From: Spirochaetia bacterium
GTDB lineage: Bacteria; Spirochaetota; Spirochaetia; DSM-2461
NCBI GenBank assembly: GCA_963668315.1
Contig: OY764216.1
Location: 4,864,001-4,928,000, forward strand
Length of the DNA stretch: 64,000 nucleotides
Direction of reading: 5' to 3'
The notes beneath the pieces were generated by a model. The model saw only the letters and a program-made list of their open reading frames with translations, did no database searches and was not told the origin of the DNA. Shown here one piece after another: positions 1 through 8,339 of this stretch (positions are counted from its first letter, which is position 1; every line of letters starts with the position of its first letter). The translations under genes and the position numbers were made by a program.

Positions 1-224
1 CCGACAATGATATTCATATGCCGGAAGGAGCCTGTTCCGTAAACGACGCAGTGGATTTCCCGTTTAAAGGGGTTCAGCTGGTAGATCGTAGCGATTTGTA
101 TCAGCTGTTCCTTTTCCGGGTTTGTCAGGGAATTCTCCAAGTTGAAAGATTTTAGATATGCCTGGATCAGATCTTGTGTGACGTCTGTAGAAGAGAGAAT
201 GTCCTGTTGATGTTCCTTATCCAT
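1..224 (-). CDS. bet: Phage Bet/RecT-family single-strand annealing recombinase, N-terminal part (runs off the window edge)
   Basis: Absent from the ORF track; translated by hand from ATG 224 with RBS AGGAGG at 231-236: MDKEHQQDILSSTDVTQDLIQAYLKSFNLENSLTNPEKEQLIQIATIYQLNPFKREIHCVVYGTGSFRHMNIIV. The LNPFKREI..V.Y..IIV motif is typical of Bet/RecT. Confidence 0.75.
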   Translation of the reverse strand, partial: MDKEHQQDILSSTDVTQDLIQAYLKSFNLENSLTNPEKEQLIQIATIYQLNPFKREIHCVVYGTGSFRHMNIIV

Positions 225-227
225 GGA

Positions 228-332
228 TCACCTCCTGTATCTAGGCAGCTGTAGATTTTTTTTGTTGCTGGTGTTGTAAAACAGCAAGTATGCAATCGGG
301 ATGATTGCGTAAGGGATGATTTTCTTGAGCAT
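228..332 (-). CDS. Small 34-aa ORF with a hydrophobic N-terminus, directly upstream of the bet-like gene
   Basis: MLKKIIPYAIIPIAYLLFYNTSNKKNLQLPRYRR*; GGAGGG RBS at 338-343; stop lies 3 nt before the bet ATG. Confidence 0.4.
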   Translation of the reverse strand: MLKKIIPYAIIPIAYLLFYNTSNKKNLQLPRYRR

Positions 333-501
333 ATTTGCCCTCCTTTGTTATTTGTTAGAGGGATAATATATGTTTGAATTCTGGTGTTTTGCGGATTTCC
401 TTGTCTATTTCGAGCTTGATAGGAAATGTATGGTTTTCAATATAACAGGTGTATACGATAGGATTTTGATGCAATAATCATATCAGAAAAGAAATTTCGG
501 T

Positions 502-531
502 TAGACATATTTACCACATCAGGTCTATATT
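502..531 (+). promoter_or_regulatory. Candidate array promoter (Pc-like), TAGACA-N18-TATATT
   Basis: Sigma70-like hexamers about 45 bp upstream of the first cassette crossover; AT-rich context weakens the call. Confidence 0.3.
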
Positions 532-554
532 AGATATAGTCAGACATTTATATT

Positions 555-584
555 GAAAACAATAGAATTAATAAGTTATATAGA
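555..584 (+). other. attI-like (or secondary) recombination site at the start of cassette 1; crossover G/TT at 575/576
   Basis: GTTATATAGA (575-584) is the exact reverse complement of TCTATATAAC (1664-1673) at the R'' end of attC1; the upstream sequence does not form an attC hairpin. Confidence 0.6.
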
Positions 585-686
585 AAACGGGTGCATACAA
601 ATGGACGTTTTTTTATGAAAAAAATATTAATTTTAATAAGGAATTTCTTTTTTATAAAAGTGTAAATAAGAATTAAAGGTATTAAA

Positions 687-1616
687 ATGAGAATCTCATT
701 CAATCTGAGGAATATTAGCTGGAATACTGTTGGGACTATCTTCAGTATTATTTTTAGTGGTTTAACATTAATTTTCTTAATAAAAAACTCAAATATTGCT
801 AATTCATCAATTAGAGAAATGCATGATCAGACCATTTTAGCAGAAAAAACAATAGAAGAGATGAAAGCGCAACGGATACAATCACAGAAACCCGTTTTAT
901 ATTTGTCGTCGGAACACTTTTCTATCTACGAGAAACCAGACTCATATACATTTGGACTTGGTAATATAGATCCAATTGATTTTGATTGGGTTAATGAAAC
1001 AGAAGTAGGAATTATAATTAATCAAAGTATAATTTTTTTACAGAATACGGGAATTGGTCCAGCATATGAGATTGAAATACAATGGGATTTTGACATAGAT
1101 GAAATGATCAAAAACCTCAAGACTTACTCAGAATTTTTAGGCGATGATATAGAATCAAAAAATACATTATTTTTCATTGATGCTTTGGAAACATCTTTAA
1201 AGATACTAGGGACTCAAAACCACAATTATCGATATCCTATAGCCAAAGTAGAAGATGGATTCTATATCGAAATTCCTTGGTTATTCTTCGCTTATTGCAA
1301 TTACATTACTTTTATTGATAGTAATGACCTTAGCTATAGTCATATTGATGAAACATCAAAATTTATTTTGGGAAAGAGAACGGAGTATCTAGAATACTAT
1401 GGACATAAATTAATCTCATTTAATAGCAATCCAGTTAATTTAATGATTAAATATAAAGGTATCAATGGTGAAAGTTATAGTATGAAGAAACAACTTAGAT
1501 TTATGGGATTTGTTCGATTATCACCCCAAGATTATTTAATAGAAAATTTAAAAGACGCAAATGATTGCTTTATAGAAATAATATCGATTGATGAAAAAGA
1601 ACAACAAAAAAGCTAA
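687..1616 (+). CDS. Cassette 1: hypothetical membrane-anchored protein
   Basis: 309 aa; N-terminal TM helix, coiled coil ending in QKPVLY, N-G-GPA motif (NTGIGPAYEI). Confidence 0.75.
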   Translation: MRISFNLRNISWNTVGTIFSIIFSGLTLIFLIKNSNIANSSIREMHDQTILAEKTIEEMKAQRIQSQKPVLYLSSEHFSIYEKPDSYTFGLGNIDPIDFDWVNETEVGIIINQSIIFLQNTGIGPAYEIEIQWDFDIDEMIKNLKTYSEFLGDDIESKNTLFFIDALETSLKILGTQNHNYRYPIAKVEDGFYIEIPWLFFAYCNYITFIDSNDLSYSHIDETSKFILGKRTEYLEYYGHKLISFNSNPVNLMIKYKGINGESYSMKKQLRFMGFVRLSPQDYLIENLKDANDCFIEIISIDEKEQQKS

Positions 1617-1666
1617 TACAGATGAATAAAATAAAAGAGAAACAAGTGATAGTGAAATTTAAATCT

Positions 1667-1764
1667 ATATAACAAAGATTTGCTACGGATTTGCCTATGT
1701 CACAATTATTGCTGTTCGCAATAATTCCGCCAAATACGGCAAACCGCAGAAATCGGCGTTATAC
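1667..1764 (+). repeat. attC site 1 (98 bp)
   Basis: ATATAAC...GTTATAC; stem GATTT[G]CTACGG[A]TTTGCC / GGCAAACCGCAGAAATC with two extrahelical bases; inner AATTATTGC/GCAATAATT stem. Confidence 0.92.
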
Positions 1765-1767
1765 CGA

Positions 1768-1796
1768 TTGCAAATTCAAAGAAATAGGAATATACT
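1768..1796 (+). promoter_or_regulatory. Cassette-internal sigma70-type promoter, TTGCAA-N17-TATACT
   Basis: Near-consensus hexamers with a 17-bp spacer at the 5' end of cassette 2. Confidence 0.6.
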
Positions 1797-1829
1797 CCAA
1801 TAATAACATTGAAAATACGGAGTATAGTC

Positions 1830-3038
1830 GTGATAACAAATATAATAGCAACCTATAAAAGACTCATCCAGCACACAAATTATACTCATCACAGATATAT
1901 CTATAAAGAATTTAATATAAATAATAGGCTAACAGGACTAATTGGTCCAAGAGGAACAGGAAAGACAACACTTCTTATTCAATATATTAAAGAGAATTTA
2001 AAAATTGATGATTGTATTTATACGTCATTAGATAATATTTATTTTACGCAAAATAATTTAATCGAATTTGTAAATGAATTATATGATATTTATGGGATCA
2101 GATATTTCTTCTTCGATGAAACACATAAATATCCGAACTGGAATCAAGAATTAAAAAATCTTTATGATTCCTACCCTGACATAAAATTAATCTTTTCTGG
2201 AAGTTCAAGTCTAGATTTAATTAAAGGATCTTATGATTTATCTAGAAGGGGAGTCATATTCAGAATTGGAGGAATGTCTTTTAGAGAATATTTACTCTTC
2301 AATAATATAGCAGATATCCCTTCAATTACATTTCCCGAATTATTAGAGAATAGATCAAGATATGAAAACGAAATAGGATCTATGAAGAAAATATTGGGAT
2401 ATTTTAATGAATATTTAGGAAAAGGATATTATCCATTTATTCTGGAAGATAACCAAAGTTACAGCCAAAAAATCCAAAGAATTATTGAAAAGACGATTTA
2501 TGAAGATATTTCAAATTACTATAAATTGAAAACAGAAAATCTGATAAGTTTTAAAAGAATAATTTCTTATATGGCAACAATTCCACCAGGAGAATTAAAC
2601 AGAAATAACATAGCAAAAAATATAGGATTAGATAATAAGACAATACAGAATTACCTTGATATTCTTCAGGAAACAGGACTGATTCAATTCATATTAAAGA
2701 ATAAAGCAGGAAGCAATATTTTAAAGAAGACAGAAAAAATATTCCTGGATAATACAGATATTTATAGATCCACAAGTGAAGAAATCGGTTTTGAAACACC
2801 AATTGGAACGTTAAGAGAGATATTTTTTATTAAAATGCTGTTGAATTCTGGGAACAAAATCCATTTCAGCGAAATTGGAGATTATCAAATCAATAATATC
2901 AATTTCGAGATTGGTGGTAAGAATAAAGACCTTAAGCAAATAAAAAACAATTTGGAAAACTCATATTTAGTAAAGGATGATATAATTACTGGGAGTAAGT
3001 ATGAAATCCCGTTGTACCTGTTCGGATTTCTGTACTAA
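1830..3038 (+). CDS. Cassette 2: AAA+ ATPase (AAA_14 + DUF4143 type)
   Basis: Walker A GPRGTGKT, FFFDETHKYPNW, SGSSS, DLSRR, C-terminal FEIGGKNK...IPLYLFGFLY; likely GTG start at 1830 with GGAG at 1819-1822 (track start 1809). Confidence 0.88.
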   Translation: MITNIIATYKRLIQHTNYTHHRYIYKEFNINNRLTGLIGPRGTGKTTLLIQYIKENLKIDDCIYTSLDNIYFTQNNLIEFVNELYDIYGIRYFFFDETHKYPNWNQELKNLYDSYPDIKLIFSGSSSLDLIKGSYDLSRRGVIFRIGGMSFREYLLFNNIADIPSITFPELLENRSRYENEIGSMKKILGYFNEYLGKGYYPFILEDNQSYSQKIQRIIEKTIYEDISNYYKLKTENLISFKRIISYMATIPPGELNRNNIAKNIGLDNKTIQNYLDILQETGLIQFILKNKAGSNILKKTEKIFLDNTDIYRSTSEEIGFETPIGTLREIFFIKMLLNSGNKIHFSEIGDYQINNINFEIGGKNKDLKQIKNNLENSYLVKDDIITGSKYEIPLYLFGFLY

Positions 3039-3051
3039 GAAAAAAGAGACG

Positions 3052-3150
3052 GTATAACAAACATTTGAACTTGATTCGCCTACTGTCATACTTTTTGCAT
3101 TCGCAAAAAACACGCCAGCTGACGGCTCACAAGTTAAATGGGCGTTATAC
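3052..3150 (+). repeat. attC site 2 (99 bp)
   Basis: GTATAAC...GTTATAC; stem CATTT[G]AACTTG[A]T / ACAAGTTAAATG; inner TTTTTGC/GCAAAAA stem. Confidence 0.92.
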
Positions 3151-3168
3151 GGATAAAATGTAGTAAAA

Positions 3169-3948
3169 ATGACAAAACATAATGAAGAGATATTAAAAAT
3201 TTGGAATATGGTACTAAATCTCGCTATTCAAATGCTTAATAATGAAGAAGATGCGAAAGATGCCGCACAATCAATATTTGAAATAGTATCAGAGAAAATT
3301 GAAACTTTTAGGAATGAATCAAAGTTAAGTACATGGATATACCGGATTTCATATAATTATCTGATTGATGAAATAAGATATAGAAATAGTGAAAAAATCA
3401 CATTTGAACTTTTTGAAAATGAAATAACACAATTTAAAGAATATGAGAATGAATATAATCTTACCCAAGAAGAAGAAAAAATATATATAGAAGAAATAAA
3501 GATAGGATGTACAAAAGCATTGTTACAATGTTTAAATCCTGAAGATCGCTTTATTTTCATATTAGGAACAATTTTCAATTTTCCGCAAAAAGATGCTTCT
3601 GAAATATGTAATATCTCGTATGATAATTATCGTACCCGGTTATCAAGATCAAGAAATAAAATAAAGAACTTCATGTCAAATAATTGTGGTCTCGTAAATC
3701 CAGATGCAAAGTGTAAATGCAGCAAAAGGATACTAATCGCAAAAGAAAGAGGAAGAATAAATTTTGAGAAATCTTTATACAAAACAAATAGCAATAGGAT
3801 TAATAAATATATTATTGAAATGAATGATATAGATGAAATTTCAAGAATTTATCAGGACAATCCATTCCTCGAAATTAACAATGATGATATCTCCTGTAAA
3901 ATCCAAAATTTGGGAATAGTACAAGAGATATCAACAATAGTTATTTAA
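3169..3948 (+). CDS. Cassette 3 gene A: ECF RNA polymerase sigma factor with a Cys-rich C-terminal extension
   Basis: Region 2 (DAKDAAQSIF...FRNESKLSTWIYRISYN), region 4 (YRTRLSRSRNKI), then NCGLVNPDAKCKC. Confidence 0.88.
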   Translation: MTKHNEEILKIWNMVLNLAIQMLNNEEDAKDAAQSIFEIVSEKIETFRNESKLSTWIYRISYNYLIDEIRYRNSEKITFELFENEITQFKEYENEYNLTQEEEKIYIEEIKIGCTKALLQCLNPEDRFIFILGTIFNFPQKDASEICNISYDNYRTRLSRSRNKIKNFMSNNCGLVNPDAKCKCSKRILIAKERGRINFEKSLYKTNSNRINKYIIEMNDIDEISRIYQDNPFLEINNDDISCKIQNLGIVQEISTIVI

Positions 3949-4258
3949 TTAAAGTACCAGATGAAAAGCCAATAAGTATTCCTAATATTACTGTTGTAAT
4001 ACAAATTTGAAAGAAAGCAGAATTATCTTGTCTGAAAATAAGAAAAGATAAAGGAATAAAGAAAAGGGAAGTAATGATTAATCCATTCAAAATAGAATTA
4101 TCAACTATTCTGAAAAAAGTATTCACAATCCCAATAATAAGCCACATGGTGAATGCAGAAAGAATAAATAACTTATCAAGCTTTTTAATTAGCATTGGAA
4201 CTATATCTGCCAGTGCTGCTACCAAACCAATAAGAATAGAAATAATCAAATTGTTCAT
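3941..4258 (-). CDS. Cassette 3 gene B: small 4-TM membrane protein, antisense to the array
   Basis: 105 aa with four hydrophobic segments; AGGAG RBS upstream; convergent with the sigma gene and overlapping its stop. Confidence 0.8.
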   Translation of the reverse strand: MNNLIISILIGLVAALADIVPMLIKKLDKLFILSAFTMWLIIGIVNTFFRIVDNSILNGLIITSLFFIPLSFLIFRQDNSAFFQICITTVILGILIGFSSGTLIK

Positions 4259-4278
4259 ATAATCTCCTATATCAATAT

Positions 4279-4306
4279 TAGACGTAAAAATTATTAATTT
4301 GTGACA
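4279..4306 (-). promoter_or_regulatory. Candidate ECF-type promoter TGTCACA-N15-CGTCTA for the 4-TM gene
   Basis: Plus strand TAGACG (4279-4284) and TGTGACA (4300-4306); resembles TGTCACA/CGTC ECF promoter motifs. Confidence 0.5.
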
Positions 4307-4338
4307 GAAAAAAAGAAAAAAAATTAAGAAAAAAAGTA

Positions 4339-4347
4339 TGATATAAT
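4339..4347 (+). promoter_or_regulatory. Extended -10 promoter TGaTATAAT pointing through attC3 into the Sir2-HerA cassette
   Basis: Perfect TGnTATAAT preceded by A-tracts. Confidence 0.45.
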
Positions 4348-4365
4348 GAACATTGGCAACGCACC

Positions 4366-4463
4366 GTATAACAATGAATTGGAGCCGAATTGCCTATGTC
4401 ACAATTATTGCTGTTCGCAATAATTCCGCCATGGACGGCAATCAGCTCAATTCGGCGTTATGT
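4366..4463 (+). repeat. attC site 3 (98 bp)
   Basis: GTATAAC...GTTATGT; stem GAATT[G]GAGCCG[A]ATTGCC / GGCAATCAGCTCAATTC; 42-bp centre (4390-4431) identical to attC1 (1691-1732). Confidence 0.92.
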
Positions 4464-4490
4464 CTACAAAATAAAAGATGAGAGGAATAC

Positions 4491-5684
4491 ATGGAAAAGA
4501 TTAATGTCATTACAGAGATAAAAGAACTTAAAAATCAATTATCCTATTCAAAACGATATGCATTTTTCTTCGGAGCTGGAACATCTTGTGCTCTTGGCGT
4601 TCCAAATATTGCGACTCTCACTTCGTCAGTTGAGGATTTATTAAAGGAAAAAAATAAAGAAAACTTTAAAGTGATTAAACAAGATTTAGAATCTTCTATT
4701 CCAGATAAAACAATAAATATTGAGGATATATTAAATCAAATTAGACAGATTCGTATGATTACGAGAGAAAGAGAAGATAAAAAATATCTTGAAATCACAG
4801 GTAAGAGCGCTAAAGAACTAGATAACTCTATTTGTAAAAGTATCTATGAGATTATATCCCAAAAAGAATCAGATGCCGACTTAACAAATACTAAAAGATT
4901 CTTCGCATGGCTTAGTATGCAAAATAAGAATTATTCGTCAGAAGTATTTACTTCAAACTATGATATGATTATTGAGAAATCCTTAGAGGGTATAAATTAT
5001 CCATATTTTGATGGTTTTGTCGGCGCATATGAACCGTTCTTTTGGCAAGAAAGTATTGATAAATTTGTAGATAATAATGACCTAACAAAAGATTGGATAA
5101 GGTTATGGAAAATTCATGGATCATTAAATTGGTTTTGGAAAGTTAATGACGGAAAAGAACAAATTATACGCGGTAGTAAGATATCTGATATTCGGACACT
5201 TTCTAATGAGCTAGTAATCTATCCATCAAAGGAGAAGTATAATTCCTCAAGAAAACAACCCTTTGTTTCTTATTTTGAGAGACTTAAAAAGGTGCTTACT
5301 AGTGGAGAAGTTTTATTTGTTTTTTCTGGTTATTCATTTTCTGATCAGCATATAAATGATATTGTTTTTGATGCTTTAAGACAAAATAATAGATTACATA
5401 TAGTGGTGTTCTCCTATTTAGATGAAGAAGTAGAAAATTTGTATAAAATTTTATCTTCGTACCTAAATATATCAGTATACGGTCCACAAAAGGCTATCTT
5501 AAGAGGAAATATATATGAATGGAATACACTAGAACAAGATGAAGAATCTATTAAAACAAATTCTATATATTGGGATAATACAAAAAAATCACTCACTATA
5601 GGTGACTTTAATAAATTGGTAGATTTTTTAATTAAATCTTCTGGGAATGTAAAATCCATTGAGGATGAAGTTAATGGAAAATGA
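4491..5684 (+). CDS. Cassette 4 gene 1: SIR2-family (SIR2_2) NADase of a Sir2-HerA defence system
   Basis: FFFGAGTS, TSNYD, KIHGS, GYSFSDQHIN sirtuin motifs; overlaps the herA start. Confidence 0.9.
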   Translation: MEKINVITEIKELKNQLSYSKRYAFFFGAGTSCALGVPNIATLTSSVEDLLKEKNKENFKVIKQDLESSIPDKTINIEDILNQIRQIRMITREREDKKYLEITGKSAKELDNSICKSIYEIISQKESDADLTNTKRFFAWLSMQNKNYSSEVFTSNYDMIIEKSLEGINYPYFDGFVGAYEPFFWQESIDKFVDNNDLTKDWIRLWKIHGSLNWFWKVNDGKEQIIRGSKISDIRTLSNELVIYPSKEKYNSSRKQPFVSYFERLKKVLTSGEVLFVFSGYSFSDQHINDIVFDALRQNNRLHIVVFSYLDEEVENLYKILSSYLNISVYGPQKAILRGNIYEWNTLEQDEESIKTNSIYWDNTKKSLTIGDFNKLVDFLIKSSGNVKSIEDEVNGK

Positions 5685-7458
5685 TATTACATATCTTGGA
5701 AAAGTCATACGAGTTGATTCAAATATTGTAGAAGTTGAAATTTCAGATTTGATTCCTTCTTCAACTCCAGTTATCAATGGCAAGTTGTATAAAATTGGTC
5801 AGATTGGAACTTTCATCAAAATGCCAATAGGTAATATTACAATTTATGGAATTGTTTCATCCGTAAGTAATACACCAACGAAAAATGATGATAATCAATT
5901 AAGGCAGCTAGTTGGATCGCGATATCTGAGTGTACAACTAATAGGTGAAAAAATCGGCGATTCTGATTTTGAGAGGGGAATCGGAACATATCCCACAATA
6001 AATGATGAGGTTCATTTAGTAATTGAAGAGGATCTCGCAAATATTTACGGTAATGATAAAAATGGATCAATTGAAATAGGAACTCATTCATCCTCTGAAA
6101 ATTTAAAAGTGTATGTTGATTTACATAAATTGGTTTTAAGGCATAGTGCTATTTTAGGTTCAACAGGTAGTGGGAAATCAAATACAACTGTTAGTATACT
6201 GAAATCGATACTAAATGATTATGATGGTTCAAGGGTTTTGCTAGTTGATCCACATGGGGAATATGCTTCTGCATTTCCAGATGCCACAGTTTTTAAACTA
6301 AATGATCCAGACTCTCCATTGTATGTACCATTTTGGTTAATGAATTTTGATGAATTAGCCTATTTCTTAGTTGGAGCAAAGCCTACCGATGATCAAAAAC
6401 CAGAATATAGATTATTAAGAGAATGGATTGTTAAGTATAAAAAAGAGCATTGTGAACTTAAAGCTGGAAATGTAAATCCTAATTTTATAACAGCAGATTC
6501 ACCTATTCCATTTAGTGCTAGAAAACTTTGGTATGATATGAATTGGTGGGTAAATGCATCTTTTGAAGAAACGACAAAAGATAAACAAACCGTAGATAAT
6601 GCTTGCATAAAAAAAGATGAAAGCGGGACTGAGCTTGTAGGAAATTATGAAGGGCTAGAACCTGCAATATTTGAATCATATCAAATGGGATCAACTGCAC
6701 CATATAAATCAAAGCATCAGGATTTCTATACGTATGAGAAAAAGATCTTGAATAGACTTAAGGATTCAAGATTTGATTTCATGTTTCATCCAGGAGATTA
6801 TAAAGATGAAAAATCACCGAAAGATTTACACAATTTGCTTAATGAGTGGATTGGCAGTGACAAAAAACTTGCCATATTAGACTTAAGTGGCGTTCCTTTT
6901 GAAGTTTTAGATATTACTATTGGACTTATTACTAGATTTGTTTATGACAGCATGTTTTGGGGAAGAAAGGAATCATATACAGGAAAACAAAGACCAATAT
7001 TGCTCGCCTATGAAGAAGCACATACTTATCTTGGTAAAAATGAAAATATTAGTTATTCACGGAAAGCTGTAGAACGAATTTTTAAAGAGGGAAGAAAATT
7101 TGGGGTAGGTTCATTAGTTATATCCCAAAGACCTTCTGAAATATCTGAAACAATCTTAGCACAGATTGGAACATTTATCTCTTTGCGTCTGACTAATTCA
7201 GCTGATCAATCAATAGTAAAATCGTCATCTCCAGATAATTTAAATAGTTTAATTGATTTATTACCATCATTACGAATTGGTGAAGCCATTATTGTTGGTG
7301 AATCTATAAAAATACCATCAAGAGTTAGAATAGAATTAAATCATCCTAGACCAACAAGTGATGATCCAGATATTGAAAAATGTTGGAAGAAAAAACATGA
7401 ATCTAATGATGATAATTATAAGACTGTTGTTACAAAGATAAGAGAACAAAGAATATAA
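5674..7458 (+). CDS. herA: Cassette 4 gene 2: HerA/DUF87-family ATPase (HAS barrel + helicase)
   Basis: RHSAILGSTGSGKS, VDPHGEY, YEEAH, EGRKFG, ISQRPSE; likely ATG at 5674 overlapping the sir2 3' end. Confidence 0.92.
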   Translation: MENDITYLGKVIRVDSNIVEVEISDLIPSSTPVINGKLYKIGQIGTFIKMPIGNITIYGIVSSVSNTPTKNDDNQLRQLVGSRYLSVQLIGEKIGDSDFERGIGTYPTINDEVHLVIEEDLANIYGNDKNGSIEIGTHSSSENLKVYVDLHKLVLRHSAILGSTGSGKSNTTVSILKSILNDYDGSRVLLVDPHGEYASAFPDATVFKLNDPDSPLYVPFWLMNFDELAYFLVGAKPTDDQKPEYRLLREWIVKYKKEHCELKAGNVNPNFITADSPIPFSARKLWYDMNWWVNASFEETTKDKQTVDNACIKKDESGTELVGNYEGLEPAIFESYQMGSTAPYKSKHQDFYTYEKKILNRLKDSRFDFMFHPGDYKDEKSPKDLHNLLNEWIGSDKKLAILDLSGVPFEVLDITIGLITRFVYDSMFWGRKESYTGKQRPILLAYEEAHTYLGKNENISYSRKAVERIFKEGRKFGVGSLVISQRPSEISETILAQIGTFISLRLTNSADQSIVKSSSPDNLNSLIDLLPSLRIGEAIIVGESIKIPSRVRIELNHPRPTSDDPDIEKCWKKKHESNDDNYKTVVTKIREQRI

Positions 7459-7470
7459 AGGGAGATAACA

Positions 7471-7680
7471 ATGGAAAGAAAGTACATAGAATCATCAATG
7501 ATATCTAGTATAGGATTTGATTTTGCAAGCTCTACCTTAGAAATTGAGTTTCGTGATGGTGCATTATGGCAATATTATGATTTTCCAGAATCAATGTGGT
7601 ATGAATTTGAATCAGCTGAATCCCAAGGAAAATTCTTTCATAGGGAAATAAAAGATCAATACACAGGTTCTCGAGTATAA
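7471..7680 (+). CDS. Cassette 4 gene 3: KTSC domain protein
   Basis: 69 aa, SSMISSIGFD...LEIEFRDG..WQYYD.P..W..F..AESQGKFF...IKDQY; GGGAG RBS. Confidence 0.9.
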   Translation: MERKYIESSMISSIGFDFASSTLEIEFRDGALWQYYDFPESMWYEFESAESQGKFFHREIKDQYTGSRV

Positions 7681-7692
7681 ATAAAAATCGAG

Positions 7693-7790
7693 ACATAACA
7701 ATCAAATGCAACTGTCATGGCAAACTGTCACAAAATCCGCTTACGCATATTTTGCGCCAATTCACCATGCAGCTGATTTGGGCGTTATAT
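7693..7790 (+). repeat. attC site 4 (98 bp)
   Basis: ACATAAC...GTTATAT; stem CAAAT[G]CAACTG[T]CATGG / CCATGCAGCTGATTTG. Confidence 0.9.
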
Positions 7791-7874
7791 TACAAATGGT
7801 AGAATAAAAAACATCTTTACTTTTATACAGTAAAGGTTAAACTTATTACGTTCATTAAAATAGGGAGAAAGAAA

Positions 7875-8339
7875 ATGAAAAGAATAATTGTTTTACTAAG
7901 TGCTTTATTAGTATTTGCAGGTTGCGCTTCTCAGGTCACCGTGAATGAAGAGGATCGACAATATCAAGAAATCGTTGATTTTCCAGGCAAAAATAAAGAT
8001 GAGATATTTGATCTGATTAGTCAAAGTATGTCCAATGTTTTTGTTAGTGCAGAATCTGTAATCGATTATGAAAATTCTGAAAGTGGAAAAATTATTGGAA
8101 AAGGAGTTGCTGAGATTATCTATACAATAGCTCCTACATATACTCATTATACTTTAACAGTTGAGGTTAAGGATGAAAGAGTTCGATTTAGCTTTACTGA
8201 TATGTATTTCCCTCCATCTGGAGTATTGGGAAGAATGCCTTTAACTAATCAAGGTCAAATAGATTCATTTTCAGAGCATGCTAGAAAATTAGTGAATGAA
8301 ATTACAGAATTCTGTCAAGATAGTAATGATAATTGGTAG
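7875..8339 (+). CDS. Cassette 5: lipoprotein (DUF4468-like); cassette lacks its own attC
   Basis: Lipobox VFAG-C; SVIDY....GKIIGKG...VEVKDERVRFSF pattern. Confidence 0.75.
   Translation: MKRIIVLLSALLVFAGCASQVTVNEEDRQYQEIVDFPGKNKDEIFDLISQSMSNVFVSAESVIDYENSESGKIIGKGVAEIIYTIAPTYTHYTLTVEVKDERVRFSFTDMYFPPSGVLGRMPLTNQGQIDSFSEHARKLVNEITEFCQDSNDNW

Noticed and set aside
439..581. AATATAAC at 439-446 paired with GTT at 575 as a fifth attC
   Set aside because: The intervening sequence has no L''/L' complementarity and none of the family motifs; probably chance in AT-rich DNA.
1698..1732. TGTCACA inside the attC sites as an ECF -35 element
   Set aside because: No CGTC-like -10 element at a suitable spacing; better explained as part of the attC stem.
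1667..7790. Repeats read as a CRISPR array, REP elements or simple terminators
   Set aside because: They are ~98 bp, separated by whole genes, carry AAC/GTT cores with extrahelical bases and lack U-tracts; no cas genes are present.
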